From NCBI GenBank assembly GCA_052173355.1, contig JBQMYS010000001.1:13243-77242 (forward strand): a stretch of 64,000 nt of DNA, read 5' to 3'. The position numbers and the translations under genes are program-made. Positions 1 through 9,929 of this stretch are shown in pieces. Every line of letters begins with the position of its first letter. Within the stretch, counting starts at the first letter, position 1. The stretch comes from Eubacteriales bacterium. GTDB taxonomy: Bacteria > Bacillota > Clostridia > Peptostreptococcales > Anaerovoracaceae. The notes below the pieces were generated by a model that searched no databases, was not told the DNA's origin, and saw nothing but the letters and a program-made list of their open reading frames with translations.

Positions 1-555
1 ATCTTCTGAAAAACTGTCATCGTTTATTTTGTCGTTTTGCCTTGTTATAATAAGCAAACAGGTAACTACGAAATTTACAAAAATCACAACAGGTTTTAAC
101 AAAAATTCGAAAAAAATAACAAACTGAACCAAGTTTAAAGCGACTTTTTCGCTATGACGTCTTGCAATTTTTTTAGGTAAAAGTTCTCCAAGTGTTATAA
201 ATACAATAGAAACAACAAATACAACAGGAAGCAGTACCAAAGTTGAAGATGCTGAGATATTGTAGTATCTAAGTGCATTTTGTGCAATATCTAAAAACAG
301 TAATGTTGCAACAGCACTTGCAAAAAATCCGGAAAATGTTACAATTATCTGTATGGTTGAAATATAATTATCCAAATTTTCCAGATAATTCAAAAGCTTT
401 TCAGCTTTTTTGTTGTTATCGCCCGCAAGCAACTTCAGCTTGTTTTTGTTGGAAGAAATCAAAGCTATTTCAACACAAGCAAACAGTGCATTCACAAATA
501 GACACAAAAATAAAAGGGATATGTGAGTTATAGATATGGGTATGTCCGAGGGCAT
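1..555 (-). CDS. HlyC/CorC (CNNM/DUF21) family transporter, N-terminal part; 3' end beyond window start
   Basis: Not in the ORF track because it runs off the window. My own minus-strand translation starts at ATG 555-553, 8 nt after AAGGAG (569-564). It reads MPSDIPISITHISLLFLCLFVNALFACVEIALISSNKNKLKLLAGDNNKKAEKLLNYLENLDNYISTIQIIVTFSGFFASAV... and stays open to position 1. The TM-rich DUF21 pattern is typical of TlyC/CorC proteins. Confidence 0.75.
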   Translation of the reverse strand, partial: MPSDIPISITHISLLFLCLFVNALFACVEIALISSNKNKLKLLAGDNNKKAEKLLNYLENLDNYISTIQIIVTFSGFFASAVATLLFLDIAQNALRYYNISASSTLVLLPVVFVVSIVFITLGELLPKKIARRHSEKVALNLVQFVIFFEFLLKPVVIFVNFVVTCLLIITRQNDKINDDSFSED

Positions 556-603
556 AAAAAATTCTCCTTAAAAGTTAATAATCTATCGTTAAATTGTATC
601 ATA

Positions 604-1830
604 TTATTTGCGTTTTCGCAAGATAAATCCTGTTTTTACAGGTTTTTGCATTTTCATTTTTATTATTTGTTGAGCATGCGGTGCGCTTTCGATTTCATTT
701 CCGTCAATATCTTGCATGGAAGTTATTTTTTGTGTAAAAAAATCTGTATACGGCCCCATTATTTCTATTTCATCTCCGACAACCATTTTGTTTCTCTGTT
801 CTATCACAGCAACTCCGCAAGAATCATCGTAGGATTTAACAATTCCTACAAACGAATATTCACGAGTATATGCTGAAGTTTGATAATTTTGATCTTCGTT
901 GCTTGGTTTTTGGTAATAAAATCCTGTTGTGAATTCTCTATGACTTACTTTTTTAAGTTCATTCATCCATTCGTCTTTAAATGTGAAATATTCCCTTTTT
1001 TGATAATATTCATCTATTGCTTTTCTGTAAGCGGAAACTACCGTTGCTACGTAAAAAGCGCTTTTCATTCTACCTTCAATTTTTGCAGATGATATTCCTG
1101 CGTTTATAATATCAGGTATATGCTCAATCATACATAGATCTTTTGAGTTCATAATGTATGTTCCGCGTGAATCTTCACTGATTTCATAATATTCATCGGG
1201 ACGTTTTTCTTCTATCAAATGATATTTCCAGCGACAAGGATGCGCGCATTCGCCTTTGTTTGCATCACGTCCTATCATAAAATTACTGAGCAAACATCTG
1301 CCGGAATACGAAATGCACATAGCACCATGAACAAATGCTTCAAGCTCAATATCCTGCGGCAAATTTTTTTTGATGTCGGCAATTTCGTTTAATGTCAGTT
1401 CTCGTGCGAGTACGATACGCTTAACTCCTTGTGATGCCCAAAATTTTGCAGTCTGTAAATTTGTCATATTAGCCTGTGTGCTAAGATGAATTTCCGCATT
1501 CGGAATTTCATCTTTTATCATCATCATTATACCGGGATCGGAAATTAAAAACGCATCAATCGGTATATCTTTTATATTTTTTAAGTAATCAAAAAACGGC
1601 TCTATATCTTCGTTATGAGCATATATATTTGTCGTTAAATATGCCTTTTTATTTTGAGAATGAGCATAATCAACACCTTTTTTTATGTCGTCAATACTTA
1701 GATTTGAAGAACCCGCACGCAAGCTGAACATTTCACCGCCGAAATACACCGCATCAGCACCGTAATCTAAAGCGGTTTTAAATTTTTCCAAATCCCCCGC
1801 AGGGGCTAAAAGTTCTATTTTTTTATTCAT
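604..1830 (-). CDS. U32 family peptidase (YrrO/TrhP-like)
   Basis: 408-aa ORF with ATG at 1830 preceded by TAGGAG. The N-terminus MNKKIELLAPAGDLEKFKTALDYGADAVYFGG and the EGRMKS region match peptidase_U32 signatures. The neighbourhood mltG / O-methyltransferase / U32 resembles B. subtilis yrrL-yrrM-yrrN-yrrO. Confidence 0.9.
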   Translation of the reverse strand: MNKKIELLAPAGDLEKFKTALDYGADAVYFGGEMFSLRAGSSNLSIDDIKKGVDYAHSQNKKAYLTTNIYAHNEDIEPFFDYLKNIKDIPIDAFLISDPGIMMMIKDEIPNAEIHLSTQANMTNLQTAKFWASQGVKRIVLARELTLNEIADIKKNLPQDIELEAFVHGAMCISYSGRCLLSNFMIGRDANKGECAHPCRWKYHLIEEKRPDEYYEISEDSRGTYIMNSKDLCMIEHIPDIINAGISSAKIEGRMKSAFYVATVVSAYRKAIDEYYQKREYFTFKDEWMNELKKVSHREFTTGFYYQKPSNEDQNYQTSAYTREYSFVGIVKSYDDSCGVAVIEQRNKMVVGDEIEIMGPYTDFFTQKITSMQDIDGNEIESAPHAQQIIKMKMQKPVKTGFILRKRK

Positions 1831-1844
1831 AAATCTCCTAAAGT

Positions 1845-2516
1845 TTACGTAATTTGGTTATTGTAAAATAATTGAGTGACTGCAAGTCCGTCACCTACCG
1901 AAAGAATACTTGTGTGCTGATTTTTTTGTTCAAAAAGGTAATTTACATATTCTCTTAAACGTCGAATATTGGTTTTATATCTATTGTTTTCATCAAATTC
2001 ATCAGAAGCAACCATAGCCCGCATCAAAACATTATCAGATATGATTATAGCATTGGGGTTGCAGAGTTTGATTGAATGCTTAAAAAATTCGAGATATTTG
2101 CTTTTTGCCGCATCTATAAATACAAAATCAAAGCCACATTCTCCATCTTTTTCCATCTGCAAAATAACTTCCTCTGCTAAGCCATGATAGGAAACGATTC
2201 TATTTGAAATGCCCATTTCTTTAAAATTTAAATTGGCTTCTTTGTATCTTTCAGAAAGCGATTCAATTGTTACTATTTTGCAATCGGGCAAAAGCGTAGC
2301 GAAAAAGCTTGCAGAATAACCGTTTGCCGTTCCTATTTCAAGTATTTTTTTCGGATTTTTGAGTAGTAAAATGGAGCTCATGCAACTTTCGGTTTCCTTT
2401 AGTATTATCGGAATACGAGCCGTTTGTGAGCGTTTTCTCAAATCTGAAAGTTTATTACTTAAAGGTTTGTAGTAAGAATTTATATAGTCTGTAACCTTAT
2501 CATTTGTAATATTCAT
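1845..2516 (-). CDS. Class I SAM-dependent O-methyltransferase (YrrM/TrmR-like)
   Basis: 223 aa with ATG start. SAM-binding motif ILEIGTANGYSASFFA and FVFIDAAK are typical of the Methyltransf_3 / caffeoyl-CoA OMT-like family. It sits between mltG and the U32 peptidase. Confidence 0.85.
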   Translation of the reverse strand: MNITNDKVTDYINSYYKPLSNKLSDLRKRSQTARIPIILKETESCMSSILLLKNPKKILEIGTANGYSASFFATLLPDCKIVTIESLSERYKEANLNFKEMGISNRIVSYHGLAEEVILQMEKDGECGFDFVFIDAAKSKYLEFFKHSIKLCNPNAIIISDNVLMRAMVASDEFDENNRYKTNIRRLREYVNYLFEQKNQHTSILSVGDGLAVTQLFYNNQIT

Positions 2517-2518
2517 TA

Positions 2519-3532
2519 CTATTTTAAACTCTCCTTGTACTTTGCTTTATTTATCAAGAATTCTTCATAAGAATGCGAAAAATTGTGAGTACCGTCATTA
2601 TTTGGGCTTAAAACATAATAAAAATAGTCAGTATCTTCAGGGTTAAGTGCTGCATTGATAGCATCTATTCCGGGTGAGCATATCGGTCCCGGAGGCAAGC
2701 CCTTGTTTGTATAGGTATTATATGGCGATTTCACTTTTAGATCTTCGTAAGTTAATCTTTGTTTATGATTTGGCAGTGCATACTGTATAGATGCATCTAT
2801 TCCCAGCGGCTGTCCTATTTTCAGCCTGTTGTATATGACACTTGCTACCTTGCCGCCTTCTATATCAGCGGTAGTTTCACGTTCTATTAACGAGGCAACT
2901 GTCACTACCGCAAGCACGCTCAAATCCATATCAGCGGCTTTTTGATAGTGGCTTTCCGTAAACATCAAATCGAACTGCGAAAGCATCTTATCTATACATT
3001 CGTGAGCAGTAGCATTTTTGTATACAAAATATGTTTCCGGATACAAAAATCCTTCGAGCCTATTTATTCCCTCCGGTAAATCTTTGATAAATTTATAATT
3101 AAATTCACCTGTTGCTATTTCTTCCCAAAATTCATCTTGACTACATATACCTATCGCTTCAAATCGTTGCGCAATTTTTGAAAGAGTCCATCCGCCGGGT
3201 ATTGTCAATTTTATTACATCGCTTTTACCGCTTGCTATAATCTTCATAATTTGTTCAGGAGTCATTGAAGCCGATAAACTATATACCCCTGCCATATATT
3301 GGTTATCATATTTTTTAATTTTTGACAATAATTTAAATGCGTTTACATTTTTAATCAAATTCTTTTCTTTTAAAATCAAAGCAATGGAATTTGTAGACGA
3401 ACCCTTTGGAATATCAACTGTTACAGATGTTGTATCATAAGATGCTGGCTTAAACGCGGATAAAAAATTGAGTGAAATTACAGCTATCAACAAAGCTGCA
3501 ATTAACAGAACTGCAAGTACAATTTTTTTCAT
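2519..3532 (-). CDS. mltG: Endolytic murein transglycosylase MltG (YceG-like)
   Basis: 337 aa with an N-terminal TM helix (MKKIVLAVLLIAALLIAVISL). YceG-domain motifs are LIERETTADIE, ASVIYNRL and GLPPGPICSPG. Confidence 0.9.
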   Translation of the reverse strand: MKKIVLAVLLIAALLIAVISLNFLSAFKPASYDTTSVTVDIPKGSSTNSIALILKEKNLIKNVNAFKLLSKIKKYDNQYMAGVYSLSASMTPEQIMKIIASGKSDVIKLTIPGGWTLSKIAQRFEAIGICSQDEFWEEIATGEFNYKFIKDLPEGINRLEGFLYPETYFVYKNATAHECIDKMLSQFDLMFTESHYQKAADMDLSVLAVVTVASLIERETTADIEGGKVASVIYNRLKIGQPLGIDASIQYALPNHKQRLTYEDLKVKSPYNTYTNKGLPPGPICSPGIDAINAALNPEDTDYFYYVLSPNNDGTHNFSHSYEEFLINKAKYKESLK

Positions 3533-3546
3533 ATTTTCTCCTATTT

Positions 3547-3570
3547 CAAAAGGGACGTATAAACGCCCCT
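3547..3570 (-). terminator. Rho-independent terminator/attenuator after efp
   Basis: Minus strand GGGGCG-TTTATA-CGTCCC hairpin (3569-3552, one G-U pair) followed by TTTTGAAAT. It lies between the efp stop (3584) and the mltG RBS. Confidence 0.55.
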
Positions 3571-3583
3571 CTAAATTATTTAA

Positions 3584-4144
3584 TTATTTTGCCCTTCCCA
3601 AGTATTCACCTGTTCTGGTATCAATTTGGATTACTTCACCTTCTTCGATGAAGATTGGAACTTGAATGGTTGCGCCTGTTTCTACAACTGCAGCTTTTGT
3701 AACGTTTGTAGCTGTATCGCCTTTAACACCCGGCTCAGTTTCAATAACTTTCAAATTTACAAAATTTGGAGCTTCCACCATGAAAGCTGAATTATTATAA
3801 AATTTTATAGTAGCTTCATCGTTTTCTCTTAGATATTTCATAGCTTCTTCAACCTGATCCGCCATTAGCGGAACTTGCTCGAAAGTTTCCTGATCCATGA
3901 AGTAATATAATTCGCCATCGTTGTAAAGATACTGCATCTGCTTAGTTTCGATGTGTGCTTTAGGAAATTTATCGTTAGGGTTGAAAGCTTCTTCTCTGGT
4001 AGCACCGGTAAGGATATTTCTATACTTAGTCCTTACAAATGCCGCGCCCTTACCCGGTTTAACGTGCTGGAAATCCAATATAACGTGTGGTTCTCCGTTT
4101 ATCTCAAAAGTCATTCCTTTTCTAAAATCGCTTGCATATAACAT
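3584..4144 (-). CDS. efp: Elongation factor P
   Basis: The sequence [47 protein letters not shown] is unmistakably EF-P. The start was trimmed to ATG 4144, which is 8 nt from AAGGAG. ATG 4150 in the track is only 2 nt from the SD. Confidence 0.95.
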   Translation of the reverse strand: MLYASDFRKGMTFEINGEPHVILDFQHVKPGKGAAFVRTKYRNILTGATREEAFNPNDKFPKAHIETKQMQYLYNDGELYYFMDQETFEQVPLMADQVEEAMKYLRENDEATIKFYNNSAFMVEAPNFVNLKVIETEPGVKGDTATNVTKAAVVETGATIQVPIFIEEGEVIQIDTRTGEYLGRAK

Positions 4145-4197
4145 TATCATTACTCCTTATATAAGATTTTATTTATTTTTTCTCAAATCACTAAGAC

Positions 4198-4226
4198 AGT
4201 ATAACAAATTTTAACCGTTCTTTCAA
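4198..4226 (-). promoter_or_regulatory. Sigma-A type promoter for efp
   Basis: Minus strand TTGAAA (4226-4221), a 17-nt spacer, then TGtTATACT with the -10 at 4203-4198 (extended -10). The -35 overlaps the rnj stop codon. Confidence 0.5.
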
Positions 4227-5905
4227 GTAATATCTAAAAATATTGGCAATATTACAGGACTTCGTTTAGTTTGTTTGTATATAAAACTTCTAAGTGCATC
4301 TCTGACTCCGGATTTCAAAAGCGCCCAATCCAAAATATCTTTGGATAAACACGAATTGATAGCATCGCGTGCTATTTTTTTAGCCTCACCTATCAAATCT
4401 TCGTTTTCACGCACATAAACAAAACCTCGTGTTACAATATCCGGGCCGCTGTAAATATCTTTTGATATTCTGTCTACGGCTGCAACAACTATTATAAGAC
4501 CTGATTCGGAAAGCAATTTTCTATCTCTTAAAACAATATTTCCTACATCACCTACACCAAGTCCGTCTACGTAAACTGCTGTTGCCGGCACTACTTCTTT
4601 TTGAAGCACAGCCTTTTTTGATGTAATATTCAAACTATCTCCATTTTCCAATATAAAAATATTTTCAGGATTAGTACCAAGACTTTGTGCGAGTTTGGAA
4701 TGCGCTTCCAAATGTCTGTATTCCCCATGAACGGGCATGAAAATTTCGGGCTTAATCAAACTGTGCATCAGTTTCAATTCTTCCCTGCAAGCATGACCTG
4801 AAACGTGTATATCTGCTATATCGGAGTAAATAACTTCCGATCCCAATTCAAACAGCTTGTTTACTATATTGGAAACGGTTTTTTCATTGCCCGGTACAGG
4901 ACTTGAAGAAAGTATTACCATATCGCCTTTTTTGATTGAGATTGCTTTGTGTTCTTTTGATGCCATCCTTGAAAGCGCAGACATCGGTTCGCCTTGACTT
5001 CCAGTAGTAATTATTACCAGTTCTTTGTCGGGAATATTTTTAGTTTTATTTATATCTACAAGTACATTGGCAGGAACTTTTAAATATCCGAGTTCCATAG
5101 CAAGGTTCATTACATTTATCATACTTCTGCCTGAAATTGCGACTTTTCTGCCGAATAGTACGGCATTGTCGATTATGCGCTGTACTCTGTGCACATTAGA
5201 AGAAAATGTTGCAATGATTATCCTTGCTTCAGAATTTCTAAAAATGTTTTCTATTGTATTTCCGACTGTCTGTTCAGACATGGAATATCCGGATTTTGTA
5301 GCATTTGTACTGTCGCAAAGCATGAGTCGAATACCTTGAGTGCCAAGCTCTGCAAGTCGTGCAAAATCCATAGGTTCACCTTGTATAGGAGTATAGTCGA
5401 TTTTGAAATCACCTGTGTGGAATATTTTCCCAATAGGTGTGTCTATACATATGCAAATAGCATCGGCAACAGAATGCGTACTTCTAATAGCTTCGCATTT
5501 AAATATTCCGATTTTAGCTACGTCTCCCGGAGATATTATGTTCAATTTTGCCTGAATGTTGTGTTCTCTTAGTTTATTTTCAACAAGCCCAAGTGTTAGA
5601 CGCGTACCGTAAATCGGCACATTAACCTGTTTGAGCAGATAAGGAATACCGCCTATATGGTCCTCATGTCCATGAGTCAGTATCATTCCTTTTATTTTAT
5701 CTTGATTTTGAACGAGGTAACTGAAATCCGGTATTACTATATCTATACCGTAAAGTTCATCGTCCGGAAACGAAAGCCCGCAGTCAATAATCATTATATT
5801 GTCTTTATACTCAAGCAAAGTCATATTTTTGCCGATTTCGTTAAGACCGCCTATTGGAATGACCTTGAGTGGAGCTCCGTTACTGTATCGTTTATTGTAT
5901 TTCAT
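4223..5905 (-). CDS. rnj: Ribonuclease J
   Basis: 560 aa. It has the beta-lactamase/beta-CASP fold motif LTHGHEDHIGG, and the N-terminus LKVIPIGGLNEIGKNMT is typical of RNase J1/J2. Confidence 0.93.
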   Translation of the reverse strand: MKYNKRYSNGAPLKVIPIGGLNEIGKNMTLLEYKDNIMIIDCGLSFPDDELYGIDIVIPDFSYLVQNQDKIKGMILTHGHEDHIGGIPYLLKQVNVPIYGTRLTLGLVENKLREHNIQAKLNIISPGDVAKIGIFKCEAIRSTHSVADAICICIDTPIGKIFHTGDFKIDYTPIQGEPMDFARLAELGTQGIRLMLCDSTNATKSGYSMSEQTVGNTIENIFRNSEARIIIATFSSNVHRVQRIIDNAVLFGRKVAISGRSMINVMNLAMELGYLKVPANVLVDINKTKNIPDKELVIITTGSQGEPMSALSRMASKEHKAISIKKGDMVILSSSPVPGNEKTVSNIVNKLFELGSEVIYSDIADIHVSGHACREELKLMHSLIKPEIFMPVHGEYRHLEAHSKLAQSLGTNPENIFILENGDSLNITSKKAVLQKEVVPATAVYVDGLGVGDVGNIVLRDRKLLSESGLIIVVAAVDRISKDIYSGPDIVTRGFVYVRENEDLIGEAKKIARDAINSCLSKDILDWALLKSGVRDALRSFIYKQTKRSPVILPIFLDIT

Positions 5906-5915
5906 ATTTTTTTCC

Positions 5916-8381
5916 TTATTTAACCACTATATTTACCAGTTTTTTAGGAACTACTATGAGCTTCACAATTTCTTTGCCTGCAAGTAAAGCAGCTACATTC
6001 GGATTATCCATCACGATTTTTTCCAGCTCAGTTTTTCCTAAATTTGCATCCACATTCATCTTTTCTTTAATTTTTCCGTTTAACTGGATTACGATTTCGA
6101 CTGTATCTTGTTTTAATGCATCTTCGTCAAATGATGGCCACGCAGTCTTATAAACTGAAGTAGTATGACCAAGTTCCTCCCAAAGTTCTTCACATATGTG
6201 AGGTGCAAACGGTGAAAGTATCAAAATAAGCTTTGTTAGAGCCGATTTGAGCAGAGGCAGATTAGGATTTTCTATCTCCTTATGTTTATACATTTCATTT
6301 ACAAGTTCCATTATCGAACTTATTGCAGTGTTGAAATTGAAACGCGTACTTATATCCTCTCCAACTTTTTTTACTGCATGATTAAGAGAAAAAGCAAGGT
6401 TTTTATCGTATTTAGTTTCAATTTCAATATTATCGCTTACATTTTTTGTAATGCCGGACAATTCAAATACCAGTCTATATACTCTGTTTAGGAATCTGAA
6501 GCTTCCCTCTACACCTTCATCCGACCAGTCAAGTTCTCGTTCAGGAGGTGCTGCAAACAATATAAACAGCCTTGCGGTATCTGCACCGTATTTTTGTATA
6601 ATTGTTTCAGGACTTACAACATTACCCAAAGACTTGCTCATCTTAGCGCCGTCTTTTATTACCATACCTTGAGTCAGCAGATTTTTAAACGGTTCTTCAC
6701 AAGTTGTATATCCAAGATCATATAAAGCCATCTGGAAGAAACGTGCATACATCAAATGGAGTATAGCGTGCTCAACCCCGCCTATATACTGATCTACATT
6801 CATCCAATAATCCTGTTTTTCTTTATTAAATGCTTCGTTTTCATTTCTTGCGTCAGTATAGCGTAAAAAGTACCACGAAGAATCAAGGAATGTATCCATA
6901 GTATCGATTTCACGTTTTGCAGATGCTCCACAAACAGGGCAAGTCGTATCGACAAAAGTTTTACTAGTTGTCAAAGGTGATTCGCCTTTTCCTGTAAATT
7001 CAACATCTGTAGGCAATAAGACAGGTAGATTTTCTTCCTTTTCAGGTACCCATCCGCATTTTTCACAGTAAATCATCGGAATCGGAGTTCCCCAATATCG
7101 CTGCCTTGAAATCAGCCAGTCCCTCAATCTGTAATTGATTGATTTTTTACCAATTCCTTTTTCAGTTATCATGTCAATTATTTTTTCGATAGCTTTTTTG
7201 TTTTCCATTCCGTTAAATTCGCCGGAATTTATCATAGTACCTTCCGCTTCGAAAGCTTGCGTCAAATTGCAAAGATCAATATCTTCTTTCGGAGAAACTA
7301 CAGGTATAATCTCACAGTTAAATTTTTTTGCAAATTCAAAATCTCGCTGATCGTGCGCAGGTACTGCCATGATAGCCCCTGTTCCGTAATCTTTCAAAAC
7401 ATAGTCCGATATGAAAATAGGTACTTTCTTAGCTGTCAGAGGATTGATTGCGTATTTGCCGATAAACACACCTGTTTTTTCGTTTGACGAAGTTCGTTCA
7501 ATATCGCTTTTATGGGAAACTTCTTCAATATATTTAAGTGCTTCCGCCTCGTTTTCAGTGCCTGCTGCAAGTTCAGCAACATACGGATGTTCAGGTGCTA
7601 ATACCATATAAGTTACACCGTAAAGAGTATCCGGACGTGTAGTAAAAATTGTTAATTTTTTATCACTTTCATCTATGGAAAAATCAACCTCTGCTCCGAT
7701 ACTTTTCCCAATCCAGTTTTTTTGCATAGTTTTAACTTTTGACGGCCATCCGTCAAGTTCATCAAGATTATCTAAAAGTCTGTCTGCATAATCTGTAATT
7801 TTAAAATACCACTGCGATAGATTTTTTTTACCAACCTTTGTTTTGCAACGTTCACAGCCACCATCAACAACCTGCTCATTTGCAAGTACGGTCTGACAGT
7901 CAGGGCACCAATTTACAGGATTTTCTTTTTTGTATGCGAGTCCTTTTTTATAAAATTGAATAAAAATCCATTGCATCCATTTATAGTAATCCGGCATACA
8001 AGTAGAAACGCTTCGGTCCCAATCGTAAGCAAATCCAAGCTCCTTAAGCTGGCTTGTCATTTCTCTCATATTGTCGATAGTCCAAGAAGCAGGATGAACC
8101 TTGTTCTTAATTGCGGCATTTTCAGCCGGAAGTCCAAAAGAATCATATCCCATAGGATGAAGTACATTTTTGCCTGTCATAGCGTGGTATCGTGCGATTA
8201 CATCACCTATAGAATAATTGCGCACATGACCCATATGTAATTTACCTGACGGATATGGGAACATTTCAAGTACATAATACTTCTCCTTACCCGGTTCTTC
8301 CTTAGTTTCAAAAGTATTATTTTGAGCCCAATATTTTTGCCATTTTTTTTCTATTTCATTAAAATTGTATCTTTCGTTCAT
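5916..8381 (-). CDS. leuS: Leucine--tRNA ligase
   Basis: 821 aa with the class I HIGH motif ([15 protein letters not shown]) and KMSKS ([10 protein letters not shown]). The ATG lies 2 nt after the rsfS stop. Confidence 0.97.
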   Translation of the reverse strand: MNERYNFNEIEKKWQKYWAQNNTFETKEEPGKEKYYVLEMFPYPSGKLHMGHVRNYSIGDVIARYHAMTGKNVLHPMGYDSFGLPAENAAIKNKVHPASWTIDNMREMTSQLKELGFAYDWDRSVSTCMPDYYKWMQWIFIQFYKKGLAYKKENPVNWCPDCQTVLANEQVVDGGCERCKTKVGKKNLSQWYFKITDYADRLLDNLDELDGWPSKVKTMQKNWIGKSIGAEVDFSIDESDKKLTIFTTRPDTLYGVTYMVLAPEHPYVAELAAGTENEAEALKYIEEVSHKSDIERTSSNEKTGVFIGKYAINPLTAKKVPIFISDYVLKDYGTGAIMAVPAHDQRDFEFAKKFNCEIIPVVSPKEDIDLCNLTQAFEAEGTMINSGEFNGMENKKAIEKIIDMITEKGIGKKSINYRLRDWLISRQRYWGTPIPMIYCEKCGWVPEKEENLPVLLPTDVEFTGKGESPLTTSKTFVDTTCPVCGASAKREIDTMDTFLDSSWYFLRYTDARNENEAFNKEKQDYWMNVDQYIGGVEHAILHLMYARFFQMALYDLGYTTCEEPFKNLLTQGMVIKDGAKMSKSLGNVVSPETIIQKYGADTARLFILFAAPPERELDWSDEGVEGSFRFLNRVYRLVFELSGITKNVSDNIEIETKYDKNLAFSLNHAVKKVGEDISTRFNFNTAISSIMELVNEMYKHKEIENPNLPLLKSALTKLILILSPFAPHICEELWEELGHTTSVYKTAWPSFDEDALKQDTVEIVIQLNGKIKEKMNVDANLGKTELEKIVMDNPNVAALLAGKEIVKLIVVPKKLVNIVVK

Positions 8382-8383
8382 TT

Positions 8384-8734
8384 TTATTTTTGTGAATTTA
8401 TACTTAAAAATTCACATTCCTCCCAAAGTTCTTCTATTTTATATTGCTCTCTTGTATCGTATGTAAAAATATTCACAACTACATCTGCATAGTCCATGAG
8501 TATCCATGTTGAATTTGCTTTTCCCTCAACATTTTTAGGGAAAACTTCCATTTTTTCCAAACGTTCTTCAACTTCATCTGCGAGTGCTTTTAATTGTCTT
8601 TGTGAAGATGCGGAAGCAAGCACCATATAGTCTGCAAACCCGGATTTTTCTCTTATGTCTATACAGTTGACATCTATAGCTTTTTTGTTTTCAAGTGTAT
8701 CTGCTATCAGCAATGCAAGTTCTTTGTTTTCCAT
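8384..8734 (-). CDS. rsfS: Ribosome silencing factor RsfS
   Basis: 116 aa. The pattern [21 protein letters not shown]...[14 protein letters not shown] matches RsfS/YqeL. It follows the conserved nadD-yqeK-rsfS order. Confidence 0.9.
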   Translation of the reverse strand: MENKELALLIADTLENKKAIDVNCIDIREKSGFADYMVLASASSQRQLKALADEVEERLEKMEVFPKNVEGKANSTWILMDYADVVVNIFTYDTREQYKIEELWEECEFLSINSQK

Positions 8735-8748
8735 TGTTTACCTCTTTT

Positions 8749-9312
8749 CTATCTTTGCATAAAATCAAGCGCTTTTATAGTATCGGAATCTATCGGTTTT
8801 TTGAGCCTTTCAAGCATCTTTATACTGCCTGACAAAGTCAAAATAACAGCCCTGTCAAGGTCAATTTCACTCATTTTACGTATATAATCCACTTCTTCAT
8901 ATGTTCTGTTGGGTTCTATCGCATCGGCAAGATAGATAATTTTTTCCAGTCGCGACATATTTGCTCTACCTGTTGTATGAAATGAAATTGCATTTAATAT
9001 ATCCTGATCGTCTATTTTTAAATCTTCTTTGGCAAAAGCTGCGGCAATTTTGCTGTGAGAAAGATCTATATTGTCTATGTATTTATCATCCAAATTATAT
9101 TTTTTTACATATTCATTTGCGGTATTTTTGTCAAAACACTTGAATAAATCGTGGCACAGTGCTGCGATTTCAGCTTTTTTCGGATCTTCTCCATATAGTT
9201 TTGAAAGATGAACTGCAGTATCTCTTACGGCATACACATGACGAATTCGTTTTTCAGTCAAATGTGCTTTCATAAATTCGTCAATTTTTTCATTTATACA
9301 AATGTTTTTCAT
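8749..9312 (-). CDS. yqeK: HD-domain bis(5'-nucleosyl)-tetraphosphatase YqeK
   Basis: 187 aa with HD motif (LCHDLFK) and the ...YLADAIEPNR signature. It overlaps the nadD end by 23 nt. Confidence 0.85.
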   Translation of the reverse strand: MKNICINEKIDEFMKAHLTEKRIRHVYAVRDTAVHLSKLYGEDPKKAEIAALCHDLFKCFDKNTANEYVKKYNLDDKYIDNIDLSHSKIAAAFAKEDLKIDDQDILNAISFHTTGRANMSRLEKIIYLADAIEPNRTYEEVDYIRKMSEIDLDRAVILTLSGSIKMLERLKKPIDSDTIKALDFMQR

Positions 9313-9916
9313 CTATGTAATTTGCTACCTCTTTAGACAGCAAGCCGTCAAGTGACTTGCTATTTTTTATATTTTCCTTAATTTTTGTGGAAGAAATTTC
9401 AAGTTCTTTATTATTTAAAAAAACTATATCGGTTTTATATTTTTCATGTATTCTTTTTTTTGTAATTTCAAGTTTTTCAATGCTTGTACCGGGTCTGATT
9501 CCAACGGCAAGATTGCAAGTTGAAAGAATTTCATCAGACTTGTGCCATTTTTCTATTTGCAAAAAAGAATCTGCACCTAAAATTAAGTAATACAAAGTAT
9601 CATCTTTATAAAGCGTTCGAAAACTGTAAAGTGTATCAATGGTATACGAAATACCTTCTCTATCGATTTCAAGCATAGAAATTGAAAAATCAGGCTCATT
9701 TTGAATGACGAGTTTGAGCATATTAACTCTATCTTCACAACTTGCCGGAGTTTTATCAAGTTTAAACGGTTGCTTTTTTGTTGGAATAAATATTATCTCG
9801 CAAAGCGAAAGCTCCGCTTTCGCTTTGCGCGCAAGTGCAATATGTCCAAAATGTATCGGATCGAAACTTCCTCCATAAAGTCCGATACATTTTGTTTCAT
9901 TCGTATTTTTCAGCAT
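9290..9916 (-). CDS. nadD: Nicotinate-nucleotide adenylyltransferase
   Basis: 208 aa with the nucleotidyltransferase motif GLYGGSFDPIHFGH and the ISSTKIR-like ISSTKIKE motif. Confidence 0.93.
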   Translation of the reverse strand: MLKNTNETKCIGLYGGSFDPIHFGHIALARKAKAELSLCEIIFIPTKKQPFKLDKTPASCEDRVNMLKLVIQNEPDFSISMLEIDREGISYTIDTLYSFRTLYKDDTLYYLILGADSFLQIEKWHKSDEILSTCNLAVGIRPGTSIEKLEITKKRIHEKYKTDIVFLNNKELEISSTKIKENIKNSKSLDGLLSKEVANYIDEKHLYK

Positions 9917-9929
9917 GACTTTTCAGGTT

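Noticed and set aside
5251-5433. Same-strand nested ORFs: 5251-5433 in rnj, 12548-12781 in hisS, 60938-61180 in M16 and 62314-62538 in the SLH gene.
   Set aside because: They are out of frame inside strongly supported genes, with no RBS and no recognisable motifs.
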